Positions 9,764-18,193 are shown, counted from the first letter of the stretch. The stretch: 32,367 nucleotides of DNA from Coriobacteriia bacterium (GCA_009783245.1 WRHL01000014.1:1-32367); one strand, 5' to 3'. Program-made: numbers and translations. Notes: generated from the letters alone by a model not told the origin.

Positions 9764-10481
9764 GGATATTTGCATGGATTTTGGTGACGCCACCGTATTG
9801 AGCCAGGTGAGCTTCTCTGACCATATAGACAAGCTTGCCATCATCGGGCCTTCTGGTGGTGGGAAGACAACGCTTCTGCGTATCATCGGCGGCCTTTTGA
9901 CGCCAAGCGCTGGCCGCCTGTATCTCGATGGGGAGGAAGTCGATTTCTTGGAGAACAGCCTCCCCGGATACCGGGCGCAGCTTGGCTATGTCTTCCAGCA
10001 GGGGGGGCTTTTCCATCATCTCAGCGCCCTGAAGAACATCGCCCTTCCCCTGCAGGTGGTGCATGGCGTAAGCGAGGAGGAGTCCCTGGAGCGTGCGCGG
10101 CAACTGCTGGAGCGCTTTGGGTTGGGCCAGGAAGGCGACAAGATGCCTGCCCAGCTGTCTGGAGGCCAACAGCAACGTGCCGCAATCGCACGGGCCATCG
10201 CAGCCTCGCCAAAACTGGTCCTGCTCGACGAGCCTACCAGCGCACTTGACCCTGAGTACACCAACGAGGTACTTGATGTCATCAATGACCTGGGGAAGAC
10301 CGGCATCCGCTTCATCATCGTCACCCACGAGATGGGTTTCGCCCGGCATGCCTGCGATAAGATAGCCTTCCTTTGCGGGGGGATGCTCCTGGAGTATGGC
10401 CCGAGCTCAGAGTTGTTTGAGGCCCCATCGACGCCTGAGCTGCAGAGGTTCCTGGGGAAGCTTTTGGAGTGGCGGGTGTGA
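9747..10481 (+). CDS. Amino acid ABC transporter ATP-binding protein
   Basis: Walker A 'GPSGGGKTT', signature 'LSGGQQQRAAIARA', Walker B 'LVLLDEPTSALD'. Start placed at 'MHVRLEDICMDFG' (ATG 9747). Its 5' end overlaps the permease 3' end. The TGA stop lies inside the first unit of a 12-bp tandem repeat. Confidence 0.8.
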   Translation: MHVRLEDICMDFGDATVLSQVSFSDHIDKLAIIGPSGGGKTTLLRIIGGLLTPSAGRLYLDGEEVDFLENSLPGYRAQLGYVFQQGGLFHHLSALKNIALPLQVVHGVSEEESLERARQLLERFGLGQEGDKMPAQLSGGQQQRAAIARAIAASPKLVLLDEPTSALDPEYTNEVLDVINDLGKTGIRFIIVTHEMGFARHACDKIAFLCGGMLLEYGPSSELFEAPSTPELQRFLGKLLEWRV

Positions 10482-10535
10482 TGGTGGGTGTGATGGTGGG
10501 TGTGATGATGGGTGTGATGATGGGTGTGATGGAGG
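10476..10535. repeat. Tandem repeat, 12-bp unit 'GTGTGATGGTGG' about 5 copies, overlapping the ABC ATPase stop codon
   Basis: Direct reading: gtgtgatggtgg / gtgtgatggtgg / gtgtgatgatgg / gtgtgatgatgg / gtgtgatgg. Confidence 0.85.
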
Positions 10536-10660
10536 CGGTTGCGACGGAAGCGCCGCGGGGTTTTGGCAAGAGCTTTGGCAAGAGCCGCATACTGCTGTAC
10601 ACTATAGTGCTAAAGTGTTTCTAGGAGCATAACGCTACTACATTACCGGAAGGACGGCCC

Positions 10661-11533
10661 ATGCTTTCACTCGCCTTGCCCAAAGGTAGCCTTGAGGAAC
10701 AGACCTACAAGCTCTTCGAGGACGCTGACCTGACGCTTCGTAAACCGAATCGAGGCTACAACCCCACCATCGACGACCCACGGATATCCAGGGTGAAAAT
10801 CCTCCGACCACAGGAGATCCCTGTCTTTGTCGCATCGGGGGACTTCGACCTTGGCATATCGGGGCACGACTGGGTGACCGAAAGCGGAGCTGATGTCATA
10901 GACATCGCGGAACTGCCCTATGCGAAGACCGGCACCGGTATCGTCAAAATGGTGCTTGCCGTTTCTGATGAGTCCACGGTGCGCTGTGCTCGTGATATCG
11001 CCCCTGGCAGCCGGATAACAACCGAGTTCCCCAATATCACGCGTTCATTCTTTGAGCAGCTTGGCATCCCCGTGGAGGTCTTCTTCAGTTATGGGGCGAC
11101 TGAGGCAAAGGTCCCCGACTTCATGGATGCGCTGGTAGACCTCACGGAAACCGGATATACCCTGAGACTCAATGGGCTACGCATCGTTGAGACGGTCCTT
11201 GAGTCTACAACCCGCCTGTTCACGAACCGCGCGTCCTGGGAGGACCCCGCAAAACGTGAGGCGATAGAGGCGATCCGCACTCTGCTCCTTGGCGCGATCG
11301 AGGCCAGAGGACGTGTCCTGCTGCTGATGAATACGCCGGCCGAATGCCTTGACGCCGTCATCGCAGAGCTGCCCGCCATGAAGCGCCCCACCATCAGCCA
11401 GCTTCATGGTTCGGATGACTACTCGTTGAGCACTGTCGCCGACAAAGCGAGCGTGAACGTCCTTATCCCCCAGCTGAAGGCCGCGGGCGCAGAGGACATC
11501 CTGGAACTGCCTATCAACAAGATCGTGAAGTGA
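10661..11533 (+). CDS. hisG: ATP phosphoribosyltransferase (long form)
   Basis: 290 aa. 'LSLALPKGSLEEQT', 'ILRPQEIPVFVASGDFDLGISGHDW' and a C-terminal regulatory domain are typical of long-form HisG. Confidence 0.8.
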   Translation: MLSLALPKGSLEEQTYKLFEDADLTLRKPNRGYNPTIDDPRISRVKILRPQEIPVFVASGDFDLGISGHDWVTESGADVIDIAELPYAKTGTGIVKMVLAVSDESTVRCARDIAPGSRITTEFPNITRSFFEQLGIPVEVFFSYGATEAKVPDFMDALVDLTETGYTLRLNGLRIVETVLESTTRLFTNRASWEDPAKREAIEAIRTLLLGAIEARGRVLLLMNTPAECLDAVIAELPAMKRPTISQLHGSDDYSLSTVADKASVNVLIPQLKAAGAEDILELPINKIVK

Positions 11534-11706
11534 CTGGATAGCTGTTCGCCTGCGGTAGTTGCCGCATCCACGCGCTTGGACCTTCTGGCTGACAAAGCCT
11601 GTTCAAACTGACAGAAAGTCCCATTTAAAGTCACTAATTAGCGCCCCTGATAAGGCTTTTATAAGATAGAATACAGCCAGGATTGTCAAGTGGTATGGAG
11701 GGTACT

Positions 11707-13401
11707 ATGAAACCTGTAAAGACACGTCTGACAATTGTTCTCTGCGCTCTTGTTCTGCTGTTAGCAGGTTGTGCAGCTGCACAGGATCCTGGTAAAAGCA
11801 GTTCAGTGCCAGAAACGGATTCTCTCCAGGTCAGTGCTGAGCTGTTCCCCCTGTCCTCAGAATGCATCAGGTGTCATAACGATGTTTTTCCAGGTGATGG
11901 CACTCACTATTCGTTTGTTGAGGACTGGTTCAACTCTATCCATGGTCAATCCTCAGTCGACCCGCTTTTCATGGCGGTGGTTCGGCGTGAGACCCTGGAA
12001 CATCCCGATGCCTCTGATGACATCCAGGCGATCTGTGCCAGCTGCCATCTACCAATGGCTGACATGATGGCTATCGCCACAAACCAATCCCGTAGTTTCT
12101 TGGATAATGCCGCCCTTTCTGGCCATGAGCTTAACCAGCTGTACCAAGATGGTGGTTCTTGCATGTTCTGCCACCAGATCACCTCATCGCCCATCGACGG
12201 GAACACCGCTTTCCGCGATACGATAATGTCTGTCAACCTGCACCAGGCTTCTGAGGGCCAGACCCGCTACCTGTATGGTTATCACCCGAGCAGCACGATA
12301 GCCCAGCAACCGATGATACAAGCCCTGGGCTACTCCACCGAGCAAAGCTTTGTAGAACGAAACGAACGGATCTGCACTGTTTGCCACACGCTCTATACGG
12401 ATTCTTTCACGGTAGACGGTCAGCCTACTGGGATGCAGCTGCCAGAGCAGGTAGTTGCCCTGGAGTGGAAGGGATCGGATTGGGGCGATAATTCCTGCCA
12501 ATCCTGCCATATGCCACCTGTTTTAGATGCGGGGCCATTCTCTAATCAGAATGTTGCTGAAGCTACGCAGGGTAGGATCTCCCTGCACAGCTTTGTAGGC
12601 GGCAACGCATACCTTCTGCAACTTAATGGAGGTACCGATGGCTCGCTGGAAAAAGGTGTGACGGCTACAACGGAATTCCTGCAGTCTCAGACGGCAACAC
12701 TTACGCTGAACAGCAGCATTGACGAGACTTCCGGGTCAGGTCCTGTGCTTATGCTGGATGTGGCGATAGACTCTCAGGTCGGCCACAAGTTCCCCACTGG
12801 GTTTCCTTCTCGACGGGCATGGATACACGTGCAGGTGTTTGATGAGGCGGGTTTCCTGATCTATGAATCTGGCGGCTACAACGCTGAAGGCATGATCCTT
12901 GACAACAATGCTGACCTGATCAAAGGAGCATTTGAACCGCACTATTCGATCATCGACCAACCTGGTCAGGTCCAGATCTACGAGTCAGTGATGCTCGACA
13001 GTGACGGCCTGGCAACAACCAGCCTGCTTCAAGGGGTTGTCTATGGCAAGGACAACAGGATCCTCCCTATCGGGTTTGAGAAGAATGAGCAGCAGAGAGA
13101 GGGATTTGCCGGAATCGATAAGAATGACAAGTCGGGTGATGCGGCGGTTGTCGGTGAGGCAGTGGAGGATGAGGATTTTGTCCAGGGTGGCGACATCACC
13201 TACTATCGTATCAGCCTGCCAGCCGATATTGGCGCTGTGGAAGTAAGGGTCGAATTACTCTACCAATCTGTTGGTTACCGCTTTATGGAAGACCTGCTGG
13301 GCCATCCGTCGCCTGAGCAACAGATCCTGGCAGACCTTGTCAAACAGCATCCCAACCTGCCGGTGTTGGTCGCCAAACAGGAGACCAAAGTCATCAGATA
13401 G
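11707..13401 (+). CDS. Lipoprotein pentahaem c-type cytochrome
   Basis: Five CxxCH motifs: CIRCH, CASCH, CMFCH, CTVCH, CQSCH. Sec/lipobox signal 'LVLLLAGCAAAQ'. RBS 'ggaggg' 6 nt before ATG 11707. About 270-aa haem-free C-terminal domain. GC visibly lower than the surroundings. Confidence 0.7.
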   Translation: MKPVKTRLTIVLCALVLLLAGCAAAQDPGKSSSVPETDSLQVSAELFPLSSECIRCHNDVFPGDGTHYSFVEDWFNSIHGQSSVDPLFMAVVRRETLEHPDASDDIQAICASCHLPMADMMAIATNQSRSFLDNAALSGHELNQLYQDGGSCMFCHQITSSPIDGNTAFRDTIMSVNLHQASEGQTRYLYGYHPSSTIAQQPMIQALGYSTEQSFVERNERICTVCHTLYTDSFTVDGQPTGMQLPEQVVALEWKGSDWGDNSCQSCHMPPVLDAGPFSNQNVAEATQGRISLHSFVGGNAYLLQLNGGTDGSLEKGVTATTEFLQSQTATLTLNSSIDETSGSGPVLMLDVAIDSQVGHKFPTGFPSRRAWIHVQVFDEAGFLIYESGGYNAEGMILDNNADLIKGAFEPHYSIIDQPGQVQIYESVMLDSDGLATTSLLQGVVYGKDNRILPIGFEKNEQQREGFAGIDKNDKSGDAAVVGEAVEDEDFVQGGDITYYRISLPADIGAVEVRVELLYQSVGYRFMEDLLGHPSPEQQILADLVKQHPNLPVLVAKQETKVIR

Positions 13402-13410
13402 CAAGTTGAT

Positions 13411-13465
13411 TTGAGGTTAGTCGTCAAAATGACGACCAACCTCAATGGTCGGGACGACAGGATTT
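13411..13465 (-). repeat. Duplicate of the tRNA-Pro 3' end (22 nt) plus its downstream hairpin, with compensatory stem changes
   Basis: 13444-13465 'aatggtcgggacgacaggattt' is identical to 13711-13732. The hairpin 13411-13445 'ttgaggttagtcgtcaaaatgacgaccaacctcaa' parallels 13676-13712 'tttgaggttagcccccataatgggggctaacctcaaa'. Confidence 0.75.
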
Positions 13466-13603
13466 CCGATCGCTCACTTCGTTCGCGCTCTCCCACCTTC
13501 GCTCACGTTGTTCGCTCGGTCTCGCGCCTACAGGCCTGCCACAGGCAGCCCTGTTTAACGGCGCCTTGCCCTGGGGTTCGCGCAAGCGCTCCCCATTCTC
13601 ACT

Positions 13604-13628
13604 GAAAACGTGCCACTGGCACGTTTTC
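13604..13628. terminator. Perfect hairpin 'GAAAACGTGCC ACTG GCACGTTTTC', candidate bidirectional terminator / structural element
   Basis: 9-10-bp perfect stem read directly. No clean T-tract beyond the stem itself. Confidence 0.3.
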
Positions 13629-13650
13629 CTGGCGTTCGAATCCCTTCCCA

Positions 13651-13668
13651 GGTTCAAATCCTGTCGTC
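13651..13668 (+). repeat. Inverted partial copy of the tRNA-Pro T-arm / 3' acceptor ('GGTTCAAATCCTGTCGTC')
   Basis: Matches the T-arm/acceptor 3' half of the adjacent tRNA, but on the opposite strand. Confidence 0.55.
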
Positions 13669-13712
13669 TAAAGCATTTGAGGTTAGCCCCCATAATGGGG
13701 GCTAACCTCAAA

Positions 13713-13789
13713 TGGTCGGGACGACAGGATTTGAACCTGCGACATCCTGCTCCCAAAGCAGGCGCGCTACCAAGCTGCGCTACGTCCCG
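13713..13789 (-). tRNA. tRNA-Pro (anticodon TGG)
   Basis: Minus-strand sequence 'CGGGACG TA GCGC AGCTTGGTA GCGC G CCTGC TTTGGGA GCAGG ATGTC GCAGG TTCAAAT CCTGT CGTCCCG A CCA'. 7-bp acceptor, D, anticodon and T stems all pair. The anticodon loop is TT-TGG-GA. Encoded CCA end. 77 nt. Confidence 0.85.
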
Positions 13790-13883
13790 ACTCCCAAAGT
13801 ACAGCCTTGGTATTATAGCAAAGCGGGAGCTGCAGAGAAGTCCAGTTCGCGGGAAACGGAAGTCTGCCGCAATACAGGGTCAT

Positions 13884-14312
13884 CTACTCGAAAATGCCAC
13901 TATCAGTCTCCCGCTTGACCATATACTTTCCTTCTACTGCGCGGAAGCCAAAACGCTCATACAGGCCATGTGCGTCGTTTGTCTCTAACCTGCCCTTCAA
14001 ACCTCTGATGCTTTCATGCCCAACCGCCGCTTCCACAAGGGCCTTCCCCAGCCCAAGCCCGCGGTACGCATCATCGATAATCACGTCGCCCAGCCAGTAC
14101 ATAGTCGCATAATCAGTCAAACAGCGAGCAAAGCCCACCTGTTTCTCCTGGTAATATACCCCAAAACACAACGCGTGTTCAAAGGACAGCTTGATAACAT
14201 CCTCAGTCCTGCTCTTCGCCCAATAAGACTCAGCCAGCATCTCCCTGATCCTGTGAACCTGCAGCTTGTCCTTATCGTCACTGATTATGAAACCGTTGTA
14301 TTCGATCTCCAT
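13884..14312 (-). CDS. GNAT family N-acetyltransferase
   Basis: 142 aa. Acetyl-CoA-binding motif 'RGLGLGKALVEAA' and 'YERFGF'. RBS 'gagggttgagg'. Confidence 0.7.
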   Translation of the reverse strand: MEIEYNGFIISDDKDKLQVHRIREMLAESYWAKSRTEDVIKLSFEHALCFGVYYQEKQVGFARCLTDYATMYWLGDVIIDDAYRGLGLGKALVEAAVGHESIRGLKGRLETNDAHGLYERFGFRAVEGKYMVKRETDSGIFE

Positions 14313-14319
14313 GAATACC

Positions 14320-14928
14320 TCAACCCTCGCTTACCCCACGCTCCTCTTGAAGCTGAGCGATGATCTCCTTGTACCTTTTCACAGGACGCATATAGTTTAT
14401 ACCTACCGCGAAAAAGCAGGCAGCTATCGCATAGAACGCACCGAGTTCAAGCGAGATAGCCAGGGGTATATAGGCAATCGCTATCACTATAAACGTGATG
14501 CCCGCCCCCTCGACATATTTCTTCCGTGCCTGGTACTCGGCAATGCGCGAGTCAAGGTCCGAGGTTATCTCAAAGGGGCCCAGCGCCGCAGGCCTTAAAG
14601 CGATAACACCTATCCTTGAGCCCAGGGTGTTGCGCTGCTCCACAATCAGGGCGCCGTCCGACACAAGCAGGTCGCTTAGTGCGGTAGCCGCCTGTTTATC
14701 ATAGAAGCCGTTCTTGGTAACCGTGATGGCAGTGCGGCAGATATACTCCCCGGGAGCACAGGGGACAAAGGTGAACTGGAACTCACCGTTCAAACGGATG
14801 AGTCGCCACCCCTGTTCCAGCATCTGGTTGGCGTACTCCTCCAGCGCCAGCAGGTCAGAGCCAATCGACTGGTTGTTCTGGATATGCTCGTCACCTTTGA
14901 TCTTCTTCCACTTTGGAGACTCCATCAT
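14320..14928 (-). CDS. DUF2812-like membrane protein (common PadR partner)
   Basis: 202 aa. Two C-terminal TM helices 'ITFIVIAIAYIPLAISL' and 'FYAIAACFFAVGI'. Overlaps the padR stop by 4 bp (ATGA). This arrangement is typical of PadR-DUF2812 pairs. Assignment is from memory. Confidence 0.4.
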   Translation of the reverse strand: MMESPKWKKIKGDEHIQNNQSIGSDLLALEEYANQMLEQGWRLIRLNGEFQFTFVPCAPGEYICRTAITVTKNGFYDKQAATALSDLLVSDGALIVEQRNTLGSRIGVIALRPAALGPFEITSDLDSRIAEYQARKKYVEGAGITFIVIAIAYIPLAISLELGAFYAIAACFFAVGINYMRPVKRYKEIIAQLQEERGVSEG

Positions 14929-15284
14929 CTTCCCTTCTCATCCTTGTGACTCTCGACCGCCTGCGTAAAGCCCGCAGCCCCTCCAGCCACCGCCTGTCCG
15001 TTTTGCAGCAATTCTGCAAGACGATGCATCTCCGCCTGTACCGCTGCCTGCCCCTCCGCCGTGATCACGTACTCCTTCTTGCGGTCATACTGCGCACCCT
15101 CAACAAGCCAGCCCTTCGCAACCAGCGAGCCCAGCGCCCCATACAGTGTGCCAGCGCCCAGGTGCACGCGCCCGCCACTCATTGTGTCCACCCTTTGCAT
15201 GATGCCGTACCCATGAAGCGGCTCATAAAGACTCAGCAATATGTAGTAAGCGGCCTCCGTCAAAGGAGTAGGGCCATCAGCCAT
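14925..15284 (-). CDS. PadR family transcriptional regulator
   Basis: 119 aa. 'YYILLSLYEPLHGYGIMQRV...GTLYGALGSLVAKGWL' is a PadR winged-helix signature. RBS 'gaggag'. Confidence 0.8.
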   Translation of the reverse strand: MADGPTPLTEAAYYILLSLYEPLHGYGIMQRVDTMSGGRVHLGAGTLYGALGSLVAKGWLVEGAQYDRKKEYVITAEGQAAVQAEMHRLAELLQNGQAVAGGAAGFTQAVESHKDEKGR

Positions 15285-15353
15285 CAGGTCTCCTCATTCC
15301 TTTTGTCACCCCCCTGGAGAGTGATGGATGCGCGACGACAACCTATCGCCTCT

Positions 15354-15378
15354 CGTTATATCGTTACATGATATAACG
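15354..15378. promoter_or_regulatory. Inverted repeat 'CGTTATATC-N7-GATATAACG', candidate PadR operator in the divergent promoter region
   Basis: Perfect 9-bp arms read directly, about 70 bp upstream of the padR start. PadR operators are typically AT-rich palindromes. Confidence 0.4.
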
Positions 15379-15626
15379 ATGACTGATATAGTACTCCGCT
15401 CCCCACCATGCGTCAAGTACCTATAACGATAAGGACGGGGCTCACCCCTTCGTACCCCTGTCCCACCCCTGTCCCGTCCTACAAATGGAAATAATATACA
15501 GACTTGCCCTATTCTTATGCAACTTGAAATTTGCGATAATGGATGCGCGTACCTATAGATGGCTCGGTTCGAGCAAGGTCGCAGCCCTGTTTTATACAGA
15601 TTGAGGGACTGCCAGGAGGTAATATC

Positions 15627-16724
15627 ATGCGGTTTCAGCTGAAAGAGTACATCCAACCTGATTTTCAGGCCCTCAAGCTTGTCGATGCCCCTGATGCCCA
15701 GCTGGTGCCTGCCCCGGCGGACGGGGTCGCTCCCTTGGACTATCATGCCACAACCATCTTCCCTGAGTACTTCAAGGTGGCAGGCCAATGGTTGCTTGCA
15801 CAGGAAAGCCGTATGGACTGCGTGGCGGTATACATACCCAAAGAGCACAGGGTTGCGGTGCGGGAGTTCCGCACCCTCAAGAAAGGCGAGCCTGTCTTTG
15901 TGGGGCGCGCAGAAGATGGCAGCCAGGGCATCTACGTGCACCTTGACGCCTTTGATGATATGCGCCAGATGACAGCTGACAGCTTCGCGTTCCGTCAGGG
16001 GCGCAGCCGGGAGACCGCCTTCTCGCTCGACTATGACTTTCTGTATGAGCAATTACGGTACGAGAAGGAGCATGGCTACATTGTCTGGGTGGCGGGCCCA
16101 GCTCTCACCTTTGACGCTGACAGCCGCAATGCCTTCTCGCTTCTGTGCGAGCATGGCTATGTGCATGCCCTGCTTGCAGGCAACGCGCTCGCAGCCCATG
16201 ACCTGGAGGCCGCCTACCGCAAGACCGCACTGGGGCAGGATATCTACACCCAGGTCAGCCACCCCAACGGACATTACAACCACCTGGATACCATCAACCG
16301 CGTGCGCCAATGCGGCTCTATTCCCGCATTCATACAGCAGGAGCACCTGGATAACGGCATCCTGTACCAGTGCGTCAGGCACCAGATACCCTTTGTCCTC
16401 ACCGGCTCCATACGCGATGACGGCCCTCTTCCCGAGGTGCACGCAGATGTCTATAGCGGACAGAACGCCATGCGTGAGCAGCTCAGCAAGGCGACCACGC
16501 TTATCTGCATGGCAACCGCCCTGCACTCCATAGCCGCAGGCAACATCACCCCCTCCTTCCGCGTGATGCCTGACGGAAAGATCCGCCAGGTGTATTTCTA
16601 CCTGGTGGATATCTCGGAATTCACCGCGAACAAGCTGGGCGACCGCGGGAGCCTCTCGGCAAAGAGCATCATCACCAATGTGCAGGACTTCATTGTGAAT
16701 ACCAGCCGGGGGCTGATCCCTTGA
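15627..16724 (+). CDS. Conserved hypothetical enzyme (about 365 aa). Possibly LOR/SDH-like (TIGR00300) / ornithine-cyclodeaminase-like family. Unverified.
   Basis: Strong RBS 'ccaggaggtaatatc' before ATG 15627. Soluble protein with motifs 'HGYVHALLAGNALAAHDLE' and 'LTGSIRDDGPLPEV'. No confident family call from the sequence alone. Confidence 0.4.
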   Translation: MRFQLKEYIQPDFQALKLVDAPDAQLVPAPADGVAPLDYHATTIFPEYFKVAGQWLLAQESRMDCVAVYIPKEHRVAVREFRTLKKGEPVFVGRAEDGSQGIYVHLDAFDDMRQMTADSFAFRQGRSRETAFSLDYDFLYEQLRYEKEHGYIVWVAGPALTFDADSRNAFSLLCEHGYVHALLAGNALAAHDLEAAYRKTALGQDIYTQVSHPNGHYNHLDTINRVRQCGSIPAFIQQEHLDNGILYQCVRHQIPFVLTGSIRDDGPLPEVHADVYSGQNAMREQLSKATTLICMATALHSIAAGNITPSFRVMPDGKIRQVYFYLVDISEFTANKLGDRGSLSAKSIITNVQDFIVNTSRGLIP

Positions 16725-16732
16725 GCCGCTGA

Positions 16733-16778
16733 CCCTGAACCCTGGGCCTGAACCCCTGGGCCTGAACCCCTGGGCCTC
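16733..16778. repeat. Tandem repeat, about 14-bp unit 'CTGAACCCCTGGGC' x3, intergenic
   Basis: Direct reading: ctgaaccctgggc / ctgaacccctgggc / ctgaacccctgggc. Confidence 0.8.
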
Positions 16779-16873
16779 TGAGCCAATGCGGCAACTGGGT
16801 TAGACCCGATCTCCTCGTAAACCAGAACGCCTGACAACCAGCCAGACCTATCGACCATGAAAGTGAGCTGTCC

Positions 16874-18193
16874 ATGAAGAGAATCATCATTATCGGAGCA
16901 GCGGGGCGGGATTTCCACAACTTCAATACCTGTTACCGGAACAACCCGGACTATGAGGTTGTGGCGTTTACCGCGGCGCAGATACCCGATATCGCGGGAC
17001 GCAGGTACCCGGCTGAGCTGGCTGGCAGCGGATACCCGGACGGGATTCCCATTTTTCCCCAGGATGATCTGGAGAGGTTGATACGGGAGTATGGGGTGGA
17101 TGAGTGCGTCTTCTCCTACAGCGATGTGACCTACAGTTTTGTCATGGGCCTGAGTGCGCGGGTGAATGCTGCCGGGGCGTCGTTTACGCTTCTGGGGCCC
17201 GCGCAGACCATGCTGAAGAGCGAGAAACCGGTGGTTGCCATTGGGGCGATCCGGACCGGCTGCGGCAAGAGCCAGACGGCGCGAAGGGTCATCGAGTGCC
17301 TCAACAAGAGGGGCCTAAGGGTTATCGCCATACGCCACCCCATGCCCTACGGCGACCTGAACGCGCAGGCTGTACAGCGTTTTGCCTCCCTGGATGACCT
17401 ACAAAGGCACAGCTGCACCATTGAGGAGATAGAGGAGTACGAGCCGCACATCACTAGCGGTAACGTGATCTATGCAGGTGTTGACTACGAGGCGATCCTA
17501 CGGCAGGCTGAGCAGGACCCGGCTGGCTGCGATATCATCCTCTGGGATGGCGGGAACAACGACTTCCCCTTTTATGAGCCTGACTTGATGATAACGGTGG
17601 TGGACCCGCACCGGCCGGGGCATGAGCTGTCCTATTACCCGGGTGAGGTTACGTTGCGCCTGGCGGATGTGGTGGTGATCAACAAGATCGACAGCGCGGA
17701 TTACGCTGGCATCCAGACGGTCAGGGACAACATCGCCCGGATCAACCCCGGGGCTTTGGTGGTGGATGCTGCTTCCACCATCAGGGTTGACGCACCAGAG
17801 CTGGTGAAGGGCAGGCGGGTCCTGGTGGTTGAGGATGGCCCCACGCTGACGCATGGGGAGATGCAGCTGGGTGCGGGGGTTGTTGCTGCCCAGCGCTTTG
17901 GCGCTGCTGCCATTGTGGACCCGCGCGCATATGCCGTGGGCCGTCTGGCTGATACCTATAGGACTTACCCCGGCATTGGCAAGGTGTTGCCTGCTATGGG
18001 TTACGGCGAGCAGCAGGTCAGCGACCTGGCCGCGACCATAGAGGCCACCCCCTGCGACACGGTTGTCATTGCAACTCCCATCGACCTGAGCAGGATCATC
18101 AGCATTGACAAGCCCCATACCCGGGTGAGTTATGACCTGCAGGAGATAGGGGCCCCTGACCTGGGCAGCATCCTGGACGAGTTTCTAGTATGA
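16874..18193 (+). CDS. P-loop NTPase resembling cyclic 2,3-diphosphoglycerate synthetase (COG2403-like)
   Basis: 439 aa. N-terminal Rossmann-like 'RIIIIGAAGRDFHNFN'. Central Walker A 'AIGAIRTGCGKSQTA'. Walker-B-like 'CDIILWDGGNND'. The size fits the cDPGS family. The assignment is from recollection of the family architecture. Confidence 0.45.
   Translation: MKRIIIIGAAGRDFHNFNTCYRNNPDYEVVAFTAAQIPDIAGRRYPAELAGSGYPDGIPIFPQDDLERLIREYGVDECVFSYSDVTYSFVMGLSARVNAAGASFTLLGPAQTMLKSEKPVVAIGAIRTGCGKSQTARRVIECLNKRGLRVIAIRHPMPYGDLNAQAVQRFASLDDLQRHSCTIEEIEEYEPHITSGNVIYAGVDYEAILRQAEQDPAGCDIILWDGGNNDFPFYEPDLMITVVDPHRPGHELSYYPGEVTLRLADVVVINKIDSADYAGIQTVRDNIARINPGALVVDAASTIRVDAPELVKGRRVLVVEDGPTLTHGEMQLGAGVVAAQRFGAAAIVDPRAYAVGRLADTYRTYPGIGKVLPAMGYGEQQVSDLAATIEATPCDTVVIATPIDLSRIISIDKPHTRVSYDLQEIGAPDLGSILDEFLV

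Noticed and set aside
10321-10632. ORFs encoding 'ITPIITPTITP' and 'CDGGCDGGCDDG'
   Set aside because: They are generated by the 12-bp tandem repeat after the ABC ATPase gene. They are not genes.
13566-13988. 140-aa ORF spanning the tRNA-Pro region
   Set aside because: It overlaps the tRNA gene, hairpins and tRNA fragments. It is a spurious read-through of structured non-coding DNA.
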